Shown here one piece after another: positions 10,949 to 21,101 of a stretch of DNA of 64,000 nucleotides. The notes below the pieces were generated by a model, which did not search any database, was not told the DNA's origin, and saw nothing but the letters and a program-made list of their open reading frames with translations. Source of the stretch: Nitrospirota bacterium. Its GTDB lineage: Bacteria > Nitrospirota > UBA9217. The stretch spans positions 101,206 through 165,205 of the forward strand of contig CAVUHW010000006.1 of the NCBI GenBank assembly GCA_963741205.1. The letters are read 5' to 3'. A program made the translations under genes and the position numbers. Position 1 is the stretch's first letter. Every line of letters starts with the position of its first letter.

Positions 10949-12847
10949 GTGATGAAGCAACAAACGGGAAAACGTGCCGGAATTACTATTGCGCTGATCG
11001 TCGCGGCCACGCTTTCGGTCCTCTATCTCGTGCATGCCTCGTTCCCCGAGGTGCTGGAGGAAAAGACGCTTGACCTCCGGTTCACGCTCAGGGGCAGGAT
11101 CGCGCCGGGACCCGAGACGGTGATCGCGGCTATCGACGAGAAGAGCATTAACAAGCTCGGACGCTTTCCCTGGCCCCGGTCGGTCTGGGGCCGCGTGGTC
11201 GATCGTTTGACGGAAGAGGGCGCAAAGGTCATCATCTTCGACGTTTTTTTCACCGAGCCGGAGAACGGGAAATCCGACGACCTGTTGCAGAGGGCCATTC
11301 GGCGGAGCGGTCGCGTGGTCCTTCCGCTGGTGTTCGATTTTTCGGAAGCTGGGTACAAGGAGTCGGGATTTACGAACAAAAAATTAGACTTCATGGCTCC
11401 TTCCGCATACGCCGTGCTCAAGAATACGGATGCCCCTTTTTCGCCGATCGAGGCGAAGATGGTGCTCCCGACCCTGCCGAGGTTTTCCGAAGTCGCAAAA
11501 TCTCTCGCGCCGATCAACATGATTCCCGACGGGGACGGGACTCTTCGGTGGGAGATGCTCGCCATCAAATACCAGGACGATTACTACGCGCCTATCGGAC
11601 TTCAGGCCGCACGCTTATACCGCGGCCTCGAAAATACCGACCTCATTTTGGACGGTTCGGGCGAAGTAGATCTTGGAGACGCCCGGATCCCCATCGACCG
11701 GTACGGAAGGATGTTGATCAATTACCGCGGACCGGCAGGGACCTTTCCCTTCTATTCCGTTTCCGATATCCTCGACCGGACGGCCCCCGCGGGCGCGTTC
11801 AAAGACAGGATTATTCTGATCGGTCCCACGGCCATGGGCATCTACGATCTCAGGGTCACGCCCTTCTCGAATAACATGCCGGGGATCGAAAAGCATGCCA
11901 GCGTCGTGGACAACATCCTGCGCGGGGATTTTCTCCGCCGCACGGAGACGGGCGTCCTGCCCCTGATCTTTGTTTTCGCCCTCGTGCTGGGCGTCATGCT
12001 CCCGCGGCTCGGCGCCGGGTACGGCGCGGCGCTGTTTCTTGCCCTCTTCACCGGCTATCTGGGCTCCGTTTATTACCTGTTCGCGGTCAAGGGGATCTGG
12101 TTCAACCTGGTCTATCCCGCGTCCGCCCTGTTCTTCGGCTATACGAGCCAGACGGCATATCGTTTCTTCATGGAAGAGCGGCGGGCCCGTGACATCCGCA
12201 AGATGTTCTCGAGTTACGTATCGAAGCGGATCGTCGATGAACTCATCAGAGACCCGAGCAAGGCAAAGCTCGGAGGGGACCGGAAGGAAATAACGGTCCT
12301 CTTTTCCGACATCCGGGGTTTTACGTCCTTCTCCGAAAAGCACCAGCCCGAGGAGGTGGTTTCCCTTCTGAACGAGTATCTCGGCGCAATGACGGAGATC
12401 GTCTTCGAGCACGAAGGCACGCTCGATAAATTTGTGGGGGACGCGATCATGGCGCTCTGGGGCGCGCCTGTGGGACAGCCCGACCATGCCGAACGCGCAG
12501 TCAGGTGCGCCCTGATGATGATCGAGAAGCTCAAGGAACTTCAGACGAAGTGGGCCGCGGAGGGGAAATACGTCATCGACATCGGGATCGGGATCAATAC
12601 CGGCGACATGGTCGTGGGCAACATGGGGGCGGAAGGCAAGAAGATGGACTACACCGTGATCGGCGACAACGTGAACCTCGGCGCGCGCCTGGAAAGCTTG
12701 ACAAGAAAGTACAATAATCATATCATCATATCGGAATATACCTACGCAAAGGTCAAGGACATCGTCCGCGCCGTTGAACTCGATTCCGTGACCGTCAAGG
12801 GGAAAGAGAAGCCCGTCGTCGTGTATGATCTCGTAGGGATGAAGTGA
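10949..12847 (+). CDS. CHASE2-domain class III adenylate cyclase
   Basis: N-terminal TM, CHASE2 (IDEKS..GRFPWPR, D.DG..R, TP...MPG.E.HA), three TMs, cyclase motifs FSDIRGFT, DKFVGDAIMA, DYTVIGDNVNLGARLE. Confidence 0.92.
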   Translation: MMKQQTGKRAGITIALIVAATLSVLYLVHASFPEVLEEKTLDLRFTLRGRIAPGPETVIAAIDEKSINKLGRFPWPRSVWGRVVDRLTEEGAKVIIFDVFFTEPENGKSDDLLQRAIRRSGRVVLPLVFDFSEAGYKESGFTNKKLDFMAPSAYAVLKNTDAPFSPIEAKMVLPTLPRFSEVAKSLAPINMIPDGDGTLRWEMLAIKYQDDYYAPIGLQAARLYRGLENTDLILDGSGEVDLGDARIPIDRYGRMLINYRGPAGTFPFYSVSDILDRTAPAGAFKDRIILIGPTAMGIYDLRVTPFSNNMPGIEKHASVVDNILRGDFLRRTETGVLPLIFVFALVLGVMLPRLGAGYGAALFLALFTGYLGSVYYLFAVKGIWFNLVYPASALFFGYTSQTAYRFFMEERRARDIRKMFSSYVSKRIVDELIRDPSKAKLGGDRKEITVLFSDIRGFTSFSEKHQPEEVVSLLNEYLGAMTEIVFEHEGTLDKFVGDAIMALWGAPVGQPDHAERAVRCALMMIEKLKELQTKWAAEGKYVIDIGIGINTGDMVVGNMGAEGKKMDYTVIGDNVNLGARLESLTRKYNNHIIISEYTYAKVKDIVRAVELDSVTVKGKEKPVVVYDLVGMK

Positions 12848-12859
12848 TGGGGAGCTCGC

Positions 12860-13628
12860 ATGAAGGTAAAAATACTGGGTTGCTCCGGTTCTGAGACGAT
12901 AGGCCATATGCCTCCGGGTTTCTTGGTCAATGATGTCATGATGCTCGATGCGGGGACGATCACCGCGGCGCTCAACATCGGGGCGCAGAGCAAAATAACG
13001 GATATTCTGATAAGCCATACTCATCTCGATCACATCAAATCGCTCCTGTTCCTTGCGGACAACATCGTCGGACGGGTCAAGAAGCCCGTCCTGATCAGGT
13101 CCGTTCCGAAGGTCCTTGACAGCGATCCGAAAACACCTGATGAACAATATCATCTGGCCCGATTTCACGAAGATCCCGACGCCGAAAAACCCGGTTCTGG
13201 CCTATGCGCCGATGCCGATGGGCAAAACGGTGAGCGTCGCCGGGCTCAAGGTCAAGGCGATCCCCATGAACCATCCCGTTCCCGCCGTGGGGTTCCTGGT
13301 GGGTGACGGCAAGTCGTCATTCCTGTACAGCGCGGACACCGGGCCGAACGAAGTGCTCTGGAAGGAGGCGTCAAGGGTCAAAAACCTCTCGGCAATCATC
13401 GTCGATACGTCTTTTCCGAACAGCCTCGACGGCATCGCCGGCGTGAGCGGCCATTTTACGCCGGCGCAACTCCATGCCGACCTCGCGAAGGCGAAGGTAG
13501 CGAACAACGTCTCCATCTATATTTATCACATCAAGCCGGTCCATCAAAAGAAGGTGATCAGCGAGCTCGCCGGCCTGGGCCGGAAAAACGTTAAGATACT
13601 GCAGGAAGGGAAGACGTACCACTTTTAA
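12860..13628 (+). CDS. Class II 3',5'-cyclic nucleotide phosphodiesterase, metallo-beta-lactamase fold (frameshift near 13120)
   Basis: LGCSGSE, LDAGT, SHTHLDHI, NNIIWPDF, HPVP, ADTGP, SFPN, GHFTP, YHIKP. Confidence 0.85.
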
Positions 13629-13673
13629 ACAAGCAAATCAGGTATAAACTTCCGACTTTCAAACAGGAGAACC

Positions 13674-14528
13674 ATGGCTTGGTTTAAGAAAGAACGTCCG
13701 GCAACAGCGGCCCAGGAAGCGCCGGCCAAGAAGGTCAAGATCCCCGAGGGGCTGTGGGTCAAGTGCGACAACTGCAAGGAGATCATCTACCGCAAAGAGG
13801 TGGACAAGAACTTCAAGGTCTGCCCCAAGTGCGACTACCACTTCCGGATTTCGGCTTCGGAGCGGCTTCCCTATCTGGTGGACGAGGGCAGCTTCCTCGA
13901 GGTGGAGGACGGCCTGTCGCCCAAGGACTTCCTTGCCTTCAAGGACTACAAGGACAAGCTCAAGAGCAGCCGCAAGAAGACGGGACTCAAGGACGCGGTC
14001 ATATCCGGGGAGGCCAGGATAGGCGGCAAGCACGTGTCGATCGTGGTCATGGATTTCGACTTCATGGGCGGCAGCATGGGTTCCGTGGTCGGCGAAAAGA
14101 TCACGCGGGCCGTCGAGCGGGCCATCGACAAGCGGGTGCCCTTCGTGTCGGTCGCCTCCTCGGGCGGGGCCCGCATGCAGGAGGGGATCCTCTCGCTCAT
14201 GCAGATGGCCAAGACCTCGGCCGCCGTGGCGCGGTTGGGAGAGGCCGGACTGCCCTTCATCTCCGTGCTCACGGACCCGACCTTCGGCGGGGTGACGGCG
14301 AGCTTCGCGATGCTCGGTGACATCATCATCGCGGAGCCGAAGAGCCTCATCGGCTTTGCCGGGCCCCGGGTGATCGAGCAGACGATCAAGCAGCAGCTCC
14401 CGCCGGGGTTCCAGCGCGCGGAGTTCCTGCTCGAACACGGCATGATCGACATGATCGTGCCGCGCAAGGACTTGCGCGCGGTCCTGGCCAAGATCCTCGA
14501 TTTTTTCTCGGAAGAGGCCAATGGGTGA
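13674..14528 (+). CDS. accD: Acetyl-CoA carboxylase carboxyltransferase beta subunit
   Basis: GLWVKC..C ... CPKC zinc finger, [39 protein letters not shown]. Confidence 0.97.
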   Translation: MAWFKKERPATAAQEAPAKKVKIPEGLWVKCDNCKEIIYRKEVDKNFKVCPKCDYHFRISASERLPYLVDEGSFLEVEDGLSPKDFLAFKDYKDKLKSSRKKTGLKDAVISGEARIGGKHVSIVVMDFDFMGGSMGSVVGEKITRAVERAIDKRVPFVSVASSGGARMQEGILSLMQMAKTSAAVARLGEAGLPFISVLTDPTFGGVTASFAMLGDIIIAEPKSLIGFAGPRVIEQTIKQQLPPGFQRAEFLLEHGMIDMIVPRKDLRAVLAKILDFFSEEANG

Positions 14529-14739
14529 GATCGCCAGAATCCTGATAATCCTCGGGGCAGTGCTGATCGTGATCGGCCTCGTGATGCTCGGCATCCAGAA
14601 GCTCCCCTTCGCGGGAAGGCTTCCGGGAGATATCATGATCAAGCGTGAAAACTTCACGTTCTATTTCCCCCTGGCCACCAGCATCATCGTGAGCATTGTG
14701 ATGAGCCTCATCCTGTATCTCATCAACAAGTTCAGGTGA
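14521..14739 (+). CDS. DUF2905 family small membrane protein
   Basis: Signature GRLPGDI ... [11 protein letters not shown] between two TMs. Confidence 0.85.
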   Translation: MGEIARILIILGAVLIVIGLVMLGIQKLPFAGRLPGDIMIKRENFTFYFPLATSIIVSIVMSLILYLINKFR

Positions 14740-14742
14740 TCA

Positions 14743-14805
14743 GTTGCGAGTTGCGCGTTGCGTGTTACGGGTTAAACCCGCAACTCGTAACCCGCAACCC
14801 GTAAC
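14743..14805. repeat. Palindrome built from 7-mer tandem units (family B: GTTRCGN / NCGYAAC)
   Basis: GTTGCGA GTTGCGC GTTGCGT GTTACGG GTT a AAC CCGCAAC TCGTAAC CCGCAAC CCGTAAC. Confidence 0.85.
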
Positions 14806-14874
14806 ATATCTGGTCTCGGTCAAAAGCCGCGACATGAAAAGCTGTACCGGGTGCTGTGCATGGGCATTTCAGCC

Positions 14875-16248
14875 ATGACCGACGACGCGACTTTAAAACG
14901 ATCCGCCCTCCTCATCGCCACCCTGTCGGCGTTTCTCACGCCCTTCATGGTCTCCTCCCTCAACATCGCGCTCCCCGCCATCGGCAGGGAGTTTCAGATG
15001 AGCGCGGTGCTTATGAGCTGGGTACCGACGGCGTACCTTCTGGCCGCTGCCATGTTCCTCGTACCTTTCGGCAGGCTGGCGGATATCTACGGACGGAAGC
15101 GGATCTTTTCCTACGGCATCGGGATCTTCACGGCCTCGTCGCTCCTGCTTGCGTTATCGCCGTCTGCAGCGGCGCTCATTACGTTCCGCGTATTCCAGGG
15201 GATCGGCAGCGCCATGATCTTCGGGACCGGCATGGCGATCCTGACTTCCGTGTTTCCCGCGGCGGAGCGCGGCCGCGTGCTCGGCATGAACGTGGCGGCC
15301 GTCTATCTCGGGCTTTCGCTCGGCCCGACCTTCGGCGGGTTCCTGACCCAGCAGTTCGGCTGGCGGAGCATCTTTCTCGTGAACGTGCCGCTCGGTCTGC
15401 TGGTGATCTTCTTCCTGGCGACCAGGTTGAAGGCCGAGTGGGCGGAAGCCCGGGGAGAGAAGTTCGACCTTGCAGGCTCCCTCCTGTACAGCGTTACGCT
15501 GGTCTCTCTCATGTACGGGCTCTCGCGGCTTCCGCGTGGGACAGGGGCAGCCCTGGTCGCCGTGGGCGCCGCGGGAGCGGCGCTGTTCATCGTCTGGGAA
15601 ATAAAGTCAGCGAGCCCGCTCCTCAACATGAACCTTTTCTTCCATAACGCGGCCTTCGCCTTCTCGAACCTCGCCGCGCTGATCAACTACAGCGCGACCA
15701 ATGCCGTTACGTTCCTCATGAGCCTCTACCTGCAGTACATCAAGGGCCTCACTCCCCAGAGCGCGGGCATGGTCCTCGTGGCGCAGCCCCTGGTCATGGC
15801 GATATTTTCTCCCCTGGCGGGGAGGATTTCCGACAAGATAGAACCGAGGGTCGTGGCGTCCGTCGGCATGGCCATCACCGCGTCCGGGCTCTTCCTGTTT
15901 ACTTTCGTGGACGGGGGCACCTCCGTGGCATTCATTCTGACCGGCCTGGTCCTTCTGGGGTTCGGCTTCGCCCTGTTCTCGTCGCCGAACACGAACGCCG
16001 TCATGAGCTCCATCGAAAAGAGGTTCTACGGCGTGGGCTCGGCCACGCTCGCCACCATGCGCCTCACGGGCCAGATGCTTTCCATGGGCATCGCCATGGT
16101 GATCTTCTCGCTCTCCATAGGCAGCGCCCGGATCACGCCGGAATATTACCCGCTCTTTCTGAAAAGCATGAAAACAGGTTTTGTTATATTTTCCTCCCTC
16201 TGTTTCGCCGGCATCTTCGCTTCGCTGGCAAGAGGGAAAGTGAGGTGA
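14875..16248 (+). CDS. MFS transporter, DHA2 (14-TMS)-like
   Basis: LNIALPAI, motif A GRLADIYGRKR, motif C GLSLGPTFGG, WRSIFLVNVP. Confidence 0.9.
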   Translation: MTDDATLKRSALLIATLSAFLTPFMVSSLNIALPAIGREFQMSAVLMSWVPTAYLLAAAMFLVPFGRLADIYGRKRIFSYGIGIFTASSLLLALSPSAAALITFRVFQGIGSAMIFGTGMAILTSVFPAAERGRVLGMNVAAVYLGLSLGPTFGGFLTQQFGWRSIFLVNVPLGLLVIFFLATRLKAEWAEARGEKFDLAGSLLYSVTLVSLMYGLSRLPRGTGAALVAVGAAGAALFIVWEIKSASPLLNMNLFFHNAAFAFSNLAALINYSATNAVTFLMSLYLQYIKGLTPQSAGMVLVAQPLVMAIFSPLAGRISDKIEPRVVASVGMAITASGLFLFTFVDGGTSVAFILTGLVLLGFGFALFSSPNTNAVMSSIEKRFYGVGSATLATMRLTGQMLSMGIAMVIFSLSIGSARITPEYYPLFLKSMKTGFVIFSSLCFAGIFASLARGKVR

Positions 16249-16251
16249 ACA

Positions 16252-17144
16252 ATGGACCGAAGGGATTTTCTGAAACTGGCCGCGTTGACCGGCGCTGGGA
16301 CTCTCGATGCCCTGGGGGCTGGACATGCTTGCGGGGTCCGCCGAAGCGGCGACTCGGCCCGACCTCGTTGTCGCCCACGGCGCATCTCCCGGGGAGATCG
16401 TCAAGGCGGCGATTGACGCCCTGGGCGGCATGGGCGCGTTCGTTTCCCGGGGCGATGTCGTGGTCGTTAAGCCGAACATCGGCTGGGACCGGACGCCGGA
16501 GCAGGCGGGCAACACCAACCCCGAAGTGGTTGCGGCCGTGGTCAAGCTCTGCTTCGAGGCGGGAGCAAAGAAGGTAAGGGTTTTTGACCGGCCGGTGAAC
16601 GACCCGAGACGGTGCTATGTCCAGAGCGGTATTGCGTCTGCCGCGGCCGCCCTGGGCGCGAACGTGGACTTTGTCGATGACCGGAAGTTCAAGGACATGG
16701 AGATTGGGGGCACGGCGCTCAAGTCCTGGCCGCTCTATACGGAGCTCTTCGAGGCGGACAAGGTGATCAACATCCCCATTGCCAAACACCACGGCTCGGC
16801 CAAGCTCACGATGTCCATGAAAAACTGGATGGGAGTGATGGGCGGCTCAGAGAAGGCAGATACACCAGAAGCTCGACGAAAGCCTCGTGGACCTCTCGAC
16901 GAAGATCAAGCCCACGCTCACCATCCTCGACGCCGTGCGCATCCTGACGGCGAACGGCCCCCAGGGCGGCAGCCTTGCGGACGTGAAGAAGCTCGACACC
17001 GTCATCGCGGGCGTGGACCCGGTGGCGATCGATTCCTTCGGGGCCACGCTCTTCGGCATGAAGGGGAGCGACCTCGGGTACGTGCGGCTCGGCCATGAGC
17101 GGGGGCTGGGGCAGATGGATTTGACAAGTGAAGCTAGAAGATAA
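16252..17144 (+). CDS. Tat-exported DUF362 domain protein (several frameshifts; 3' end noisy)
   Basis: MDRRDFLK twin-arginine leader; VVVKPNIGWDRTPEQAGNTNP, INIPIAKHH, MKNWMG, D.VAID. Confidence 0.85.
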
Positions 17145-17208
17145 GAGCATAAAATAAGTCGTTTCAGCCGGCAGGAATTTACGCTAGATGTTAGTGAGAC
17201 AGAAAAAT

Positions 17209-18755
17209 ATGAAAAACTATTCGCAGAATATCTCAAGGCCTGTTCCTGCTCCTCTTCCTCTTTCTGTTCATCCAGACCGAGTCAAAGGGGAATGACGAAC
17301 TCGGGTACCCGGTCCGTCTGTTTCTCGATTTCGATCCGCTCATCCTGGTGACGACGCTTCTCTCCGCCCACGCGGCTGCAAAGGCATTTGCTCTTTCCGT
17401 CATCACCATCATCGTGACCTTGATTTTCGGCAGGGTCTTTTGCGGATGGGTCTGCCCCCTGGGCACGCTCAACAACCTCGTCGGGTCGATCAGGAAAAAG
17501 CGGCCCGCGCACCTGTACGTCAAAGGATACCGCGTCAAATATTATATCCTCATCGCCATCCTTGCCTCGGCCGTCTTTACGCTCCAGCCCGTGGGCATCA
17601 TGGACCCGCTCTCGCTCTTGATCCGCTCTTTCTCCATCAGCGTCTATCCGTTGTTCAATTACGGCGTACGATCGGCATTCGACACGATCTATTCGGCAAA
17701 CCCGGCAGGTATCGTCGCAATATCCGAGCCAGTGTACACGGTCCTCAAAAAGACCGTGCTTTCCTTCGAGCAGTCGTTCTATGACCAGGGCGTTTTGATC
17801 GGCGCGATCTTTCTTCATCATCATCGGCCTGAATCTTATCGAGAAGCGGTTCTGGTGCAAGTACCTCTGCCCCTTAGGCGCGTTCCTCGGCATCCTCTCC
17901 CGGTTCTCGCTCTTGAAGCGATCGGTGAGTGAAGGGTGCACCTCGTGCGGCGTCTGCGCCACTGCGTGCCAGGGCAATGCTCAGCCCGAGACTAAAGGAC
18001 AATGGCGGGACACGGAATGCCTCGTTTGCGGGAACTGCGATGACATCTGTCCCCAGAACGCGGTGAGTTTCGGATTCAAATCGACAGGGAAGGCCGCAGC
18101 CATGGACCTTGGCAGGAGGCGCGTGATCGCGTCCGTAGTCTCCGGCATTGTCGCAGTCCCGCTTCTTCGAACAACGCCGATCTCAAAAACGGGGGCGCAG
18201 GAACCGGCGCTTCTCAGGCCGCCGGGGGCGCTCGAGGAAAGGGAATTTCTGAAACGCTGCGTCAAGTGCGGGGAGTGCATGAAGGTCTGCACCACGAACG
18301 GGCTTCAGCCGACGCTTTTCGAAGCGGGTGTGGAAGGTATCTGGTCGCCGGTGCTCGTGCCGCGCATAGGCTACTGCGAGTACCGCTGCACGCTCTGCGG
18401 GCAGGTCTGCCCCACCGGGGCGATCAAACGGCTTTCCCTCGAAGAAAAGGCAAAGGTCAGGATCGGGCTCGCCATGATCGAAAAAGGCAGGTGCCTGCCC
18501 TGGGCGCACGGCAGGCCGTGCATCGTATGCGAGGAAGTTTGCCCTACGTCAAAAAAGGCCATCTGGCTCGAAGACGCGCGGGTGCGGGACCGGCAGGGGA
18601 AGGTCGTGGTCGTCAAGCAGCCGCACGTGGACCTCGAACTCTGCATCGGCTGCGGCATCTGCGAAGCCAAATGCCCGGTGCTCGGAAGGCCGGCGATTTA
18701 CGTGTCGAACGTGGGGGAGAGCAGGTCGAAGGAAAACAGACTGCTGCTGACGTGA
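17209..18755 (+). CDS. Membrane polyferredoxin (NapH-like N-terminus fused to NapG/MauM-like 4Fe-4S C-terminus; frameshifted)
   Basis: GRVFCGWVCPLG, RFWCKYLCPLG, multiple CxxCxxCxxxC, RPPGA, CEEVCP. Confidence 0.85.
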
Positions 18756-18833
18756 AGTCTGTCCGTCATGTGACTGCCAAACGGGACAGACCTTGAATGA
18801 CGCAATGGTGCGAGCTTTGTCGAAATCGCCGTC

Positions 18834-19593
18834 CTAGGATTTTTCTCCAAGCAGATTTATCCGGTGCGCCAGAACGCCGGCGCCGAAGCCGTTGTCGATG
18901 TTCATGACGGCGACGCCTGCCGCGCAGGAGTTAAGCATCGTGAGGAGCGGCGCCAGGCCCTGGAAACCCGCGCCGTAGCCCACGCTCGTCGGAACTGCGA
19001 TCACGGGCTTGTCCACGAGCCCGCCGACGACCGAGGGCAGCGCGCCGTCCATGCCCGCGACCACCACAATCACGCGCGCTGCATCGATGATGTCGCGCTT
19101 GCTTAAAACACGGTGGATGCCCGCCACACCAACGTCATAGGTCGTCCGGACCGTGCTGCCGAGCATTCCGGCGGTGACTGCCGCCTCTTCGGCGACCGGG
19201 ATATCCGATGTCCCGGCAGTCAGAACAAGCACGATGCCTCGCGTAAGCTTCTTTTTCTTATCCTGGACGACGATGGCCCGCGACGCCTGGTGATATCTCG
19301 CGCGACGGTCGAGCTTTTTTATCGCTTTATAGATAGTTTCGTTTGCGCGAGTGGCCAGAATATCGCTTCCCGCATCGAGCATGCGTTTGGTGATGCCCAC
19401 GACCTGTTCCAGCGTTTTCCCTTCGCAGTAGATGACCTCGGGTATGCCGTGGCGGAGATGGCGGTGGTGGTCGATGTGAGCATAGGCCATGTCCTCGAAA
19501 GGCAGGTGTTTGAGCCGGCAAGAGCGCGGTCTCGACATCGGTCTTGCCCGCGCGGACGTTCAGGAGAAGTGCAGTGAGGTCTGATTTATTCAT
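18834..19593 (-). CDS. larB: Nickel-pincer cofactor biosynthesis protein LarB, PurE-like (frameshift near 19520)
   Basis: AHIDHHR..R.GIPEVIYCEGKT, AGTSDIPVAEEA, DVGVAGIHR, AGMDGALPSVVGGL, PTSVGYG, NIDNGFGA. Confidence 0.9.
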
Positions 19594-19632
19594 GGAAATA
19601 TTATCATGAGCAAATAATCATACTCTTATGCT

Positions 19633-19748
19633 GTCATTCCGGGCTCGACCCGGAATCCAGCCTGCACCCAGCGATTATGAGTGCTACGTCGCGAATGCAG
19701 GGTGTGCTTTTAGTGAAAAAAATGGATTCCTGCTTCCGCAGGAATGAC
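19633..19748. repeat. Family C double-hairpin element (GTCATTCC..GGAATCCA / TGGATTCC..GGAATGAC)
   Basis: GTCATTCCGGGCTCGACCCGGAATCCA ... TGGATTCCTGCTTCCGCAGGAATGAC. Confidence 0.85.
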
Positions 19749-19785
19749 AAACTAAGCGGCTTTACTGCTGAATCCCTTGATGTGT

Positions 19786-19816
19786 ATTCCGCAATCGGCA
19801 ATCCGCATTCCGCAAT
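19786..19816. repeat. 7-mer tandem repeat (family B variant, TCCGCAA/TCCGCAT)
   Basis: ATTCCGCAATCGGCAATCCGCATTCCGCAAT; related units at about 9984-10004 (opposite strand) and 27736-27766. Confidence 0.75.
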
Positions 19817-19819
19817 AGG

Positions 19820-20821
19820 TTACTCCGCCTTGAGTTCCCTGGTCATCAGGTCCTTGACCGCCAGCTTCGGGTCTTTTCCTTCGTACAGGAGTTGATACAC
19901 TTCATCGACGATCGGCATATCGATCTTGTATTTTTGAGCCAGGGCCCTCGCGGCCTTGGCCGTCTTCACGCCCTCGGCCACGGTCTTCGCTCCCTGCATG
20001 ATCTCGGCGAGCTTCTCTCCCTTGCCCAGACGAACGCCGAGCGTGCGGTTCCGGGACAGGCCCCCCGTGCAGGTGAGGACCAGGTCGCCCATGCCGGAGA
20101 GGCCGGAGAACGTCGCGGGCTTCCCGCCCATGGCGACGCCGAGACGCGCCATTTCAGCCAGGCCGCGCGTGAGCAGCGCCGCCATGGTGTTGTATCCGAA
20201 GCCCATGCCCTCGAGCGCGCCGGCGGCTATTGCCACGACGTTCTTGAGCGCGCCGGCGAGCTCCACGCCGATGACGTCCGGGTTGGTGTACACGCGGAAA
20301 TAGTCGGTGCTCAAGACCGTTTGCGCTTTTCCCCCGGCTGAGGGCTCATAGGAGGCAAGGGTGATTGCCGTGGGCATCTTCCGCGCGACCTCCTTTGCGA
20401 AGCTCGGTCCCGAGAGGAAACAGAGGCGGCGGTGATACTCCGCGGGGAGAACGTCCTTGAACACTTCGGAGAGGGGCATGAGCGTATCAGGCTCGATGCC
20501 CTTTGACGCGCTGATGATGATGGCGTTCTTCGTCAGAGACGGCGTGAATTGTTGTGCTACAGTACGTGCCGTGTGGGACGGCACGACGGACAGGATGAAG
20601 GGTTTGTCCTCCACCGCGGACTCAAGCGACGAAATAACCTTGATGGAGGAAGGCAGGGAGAACCCCGGGAGATAGACGCGGTTCTCCCGCGTCCGCGCCG
20701 CTTCCTCCGCCAGGTCCTTCTCGTACATCCAGAGGGTGACGTCGTGTCCCTTTTCGGCCAGAAGGATGGCCAGGGCCGTGCCCCATGCCCCTCCGCCGAT
20801 GACCCCGATCTTTTCAGCCAT
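19820..20821 (-). CDS. gpsA: NAD(P)H-dependent glycerol-3-phosphate dehydrogenase
   Basis: GGGAWGTALA, SKGIE, SGPSFAKEV, GALKNVVAIAAG, GDLVLTC, SRNR, AEGV. Confidence 0.97.
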   Translation of the reverse strand: MAEKIGVIGGGAWGTALAILLAEKGHDVTLWMYEKDLAEEAARTRENRVYLPGFSLPSSIKVISSLESAVEDKPFILSVVPSHTARTVAQQFTPSLTKNAIIISASKGIEPDTLMPLSEVFKDVLPAEYHRRLCFLSGPSFAKEVARKMPTAITLASYEPSAGGKAQTVLSTDYFRVYTNPDVIGVELAGALKNVVAIAAGALEGMGFGYNTMAALLTRGLAEMARLGVAMGGKPATFSGLSGMGDLVLTCTGGLSRNRTLGVRLGKGEKLAEIMQGAKTVAEGVKTAKAARALAQKYKIDMPIVDEVYQLLYEGKDPKLAVKDLMTRELKAE

Positions 20822-20871
20822 AGAAGCAAATTATAGAGGGAATAGGGGAAAGTGTCAAAAGAATTGTACGG

Positions 20872-20966
20872 GTAGCCGCAGGCTTTAGCCTGCGTTATTA
20901 CCGTGTCTTGAGCGATTGTCCAGGCATTGCGCCTCGAAAACATCGCACCCTAAAGGGTGCGGCTAC
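20872..20966. repeat. Inverted pair of GTAG-type REP hairpins (family D)
   Basis: GTAGCCGCAGGCTTTAGCCTGCG (20872-20894) and CGCACCCTAAAGGGTGCGGCTAC (20944-20966). Confidence 0.8.
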
Positions 20967-21101
20967 CAAATCGTACCACGTAATGAACTTGGGTCCGCAG
21001 TTAGCTGCATCCTGTCTTGAGCGATTGTCCAGCATTCGCTCACTCGCACCCTAATTGCCACCAAATCGTACCCCGTAACTGAAGCTTTCCGGGAAAGGTA
21101 A

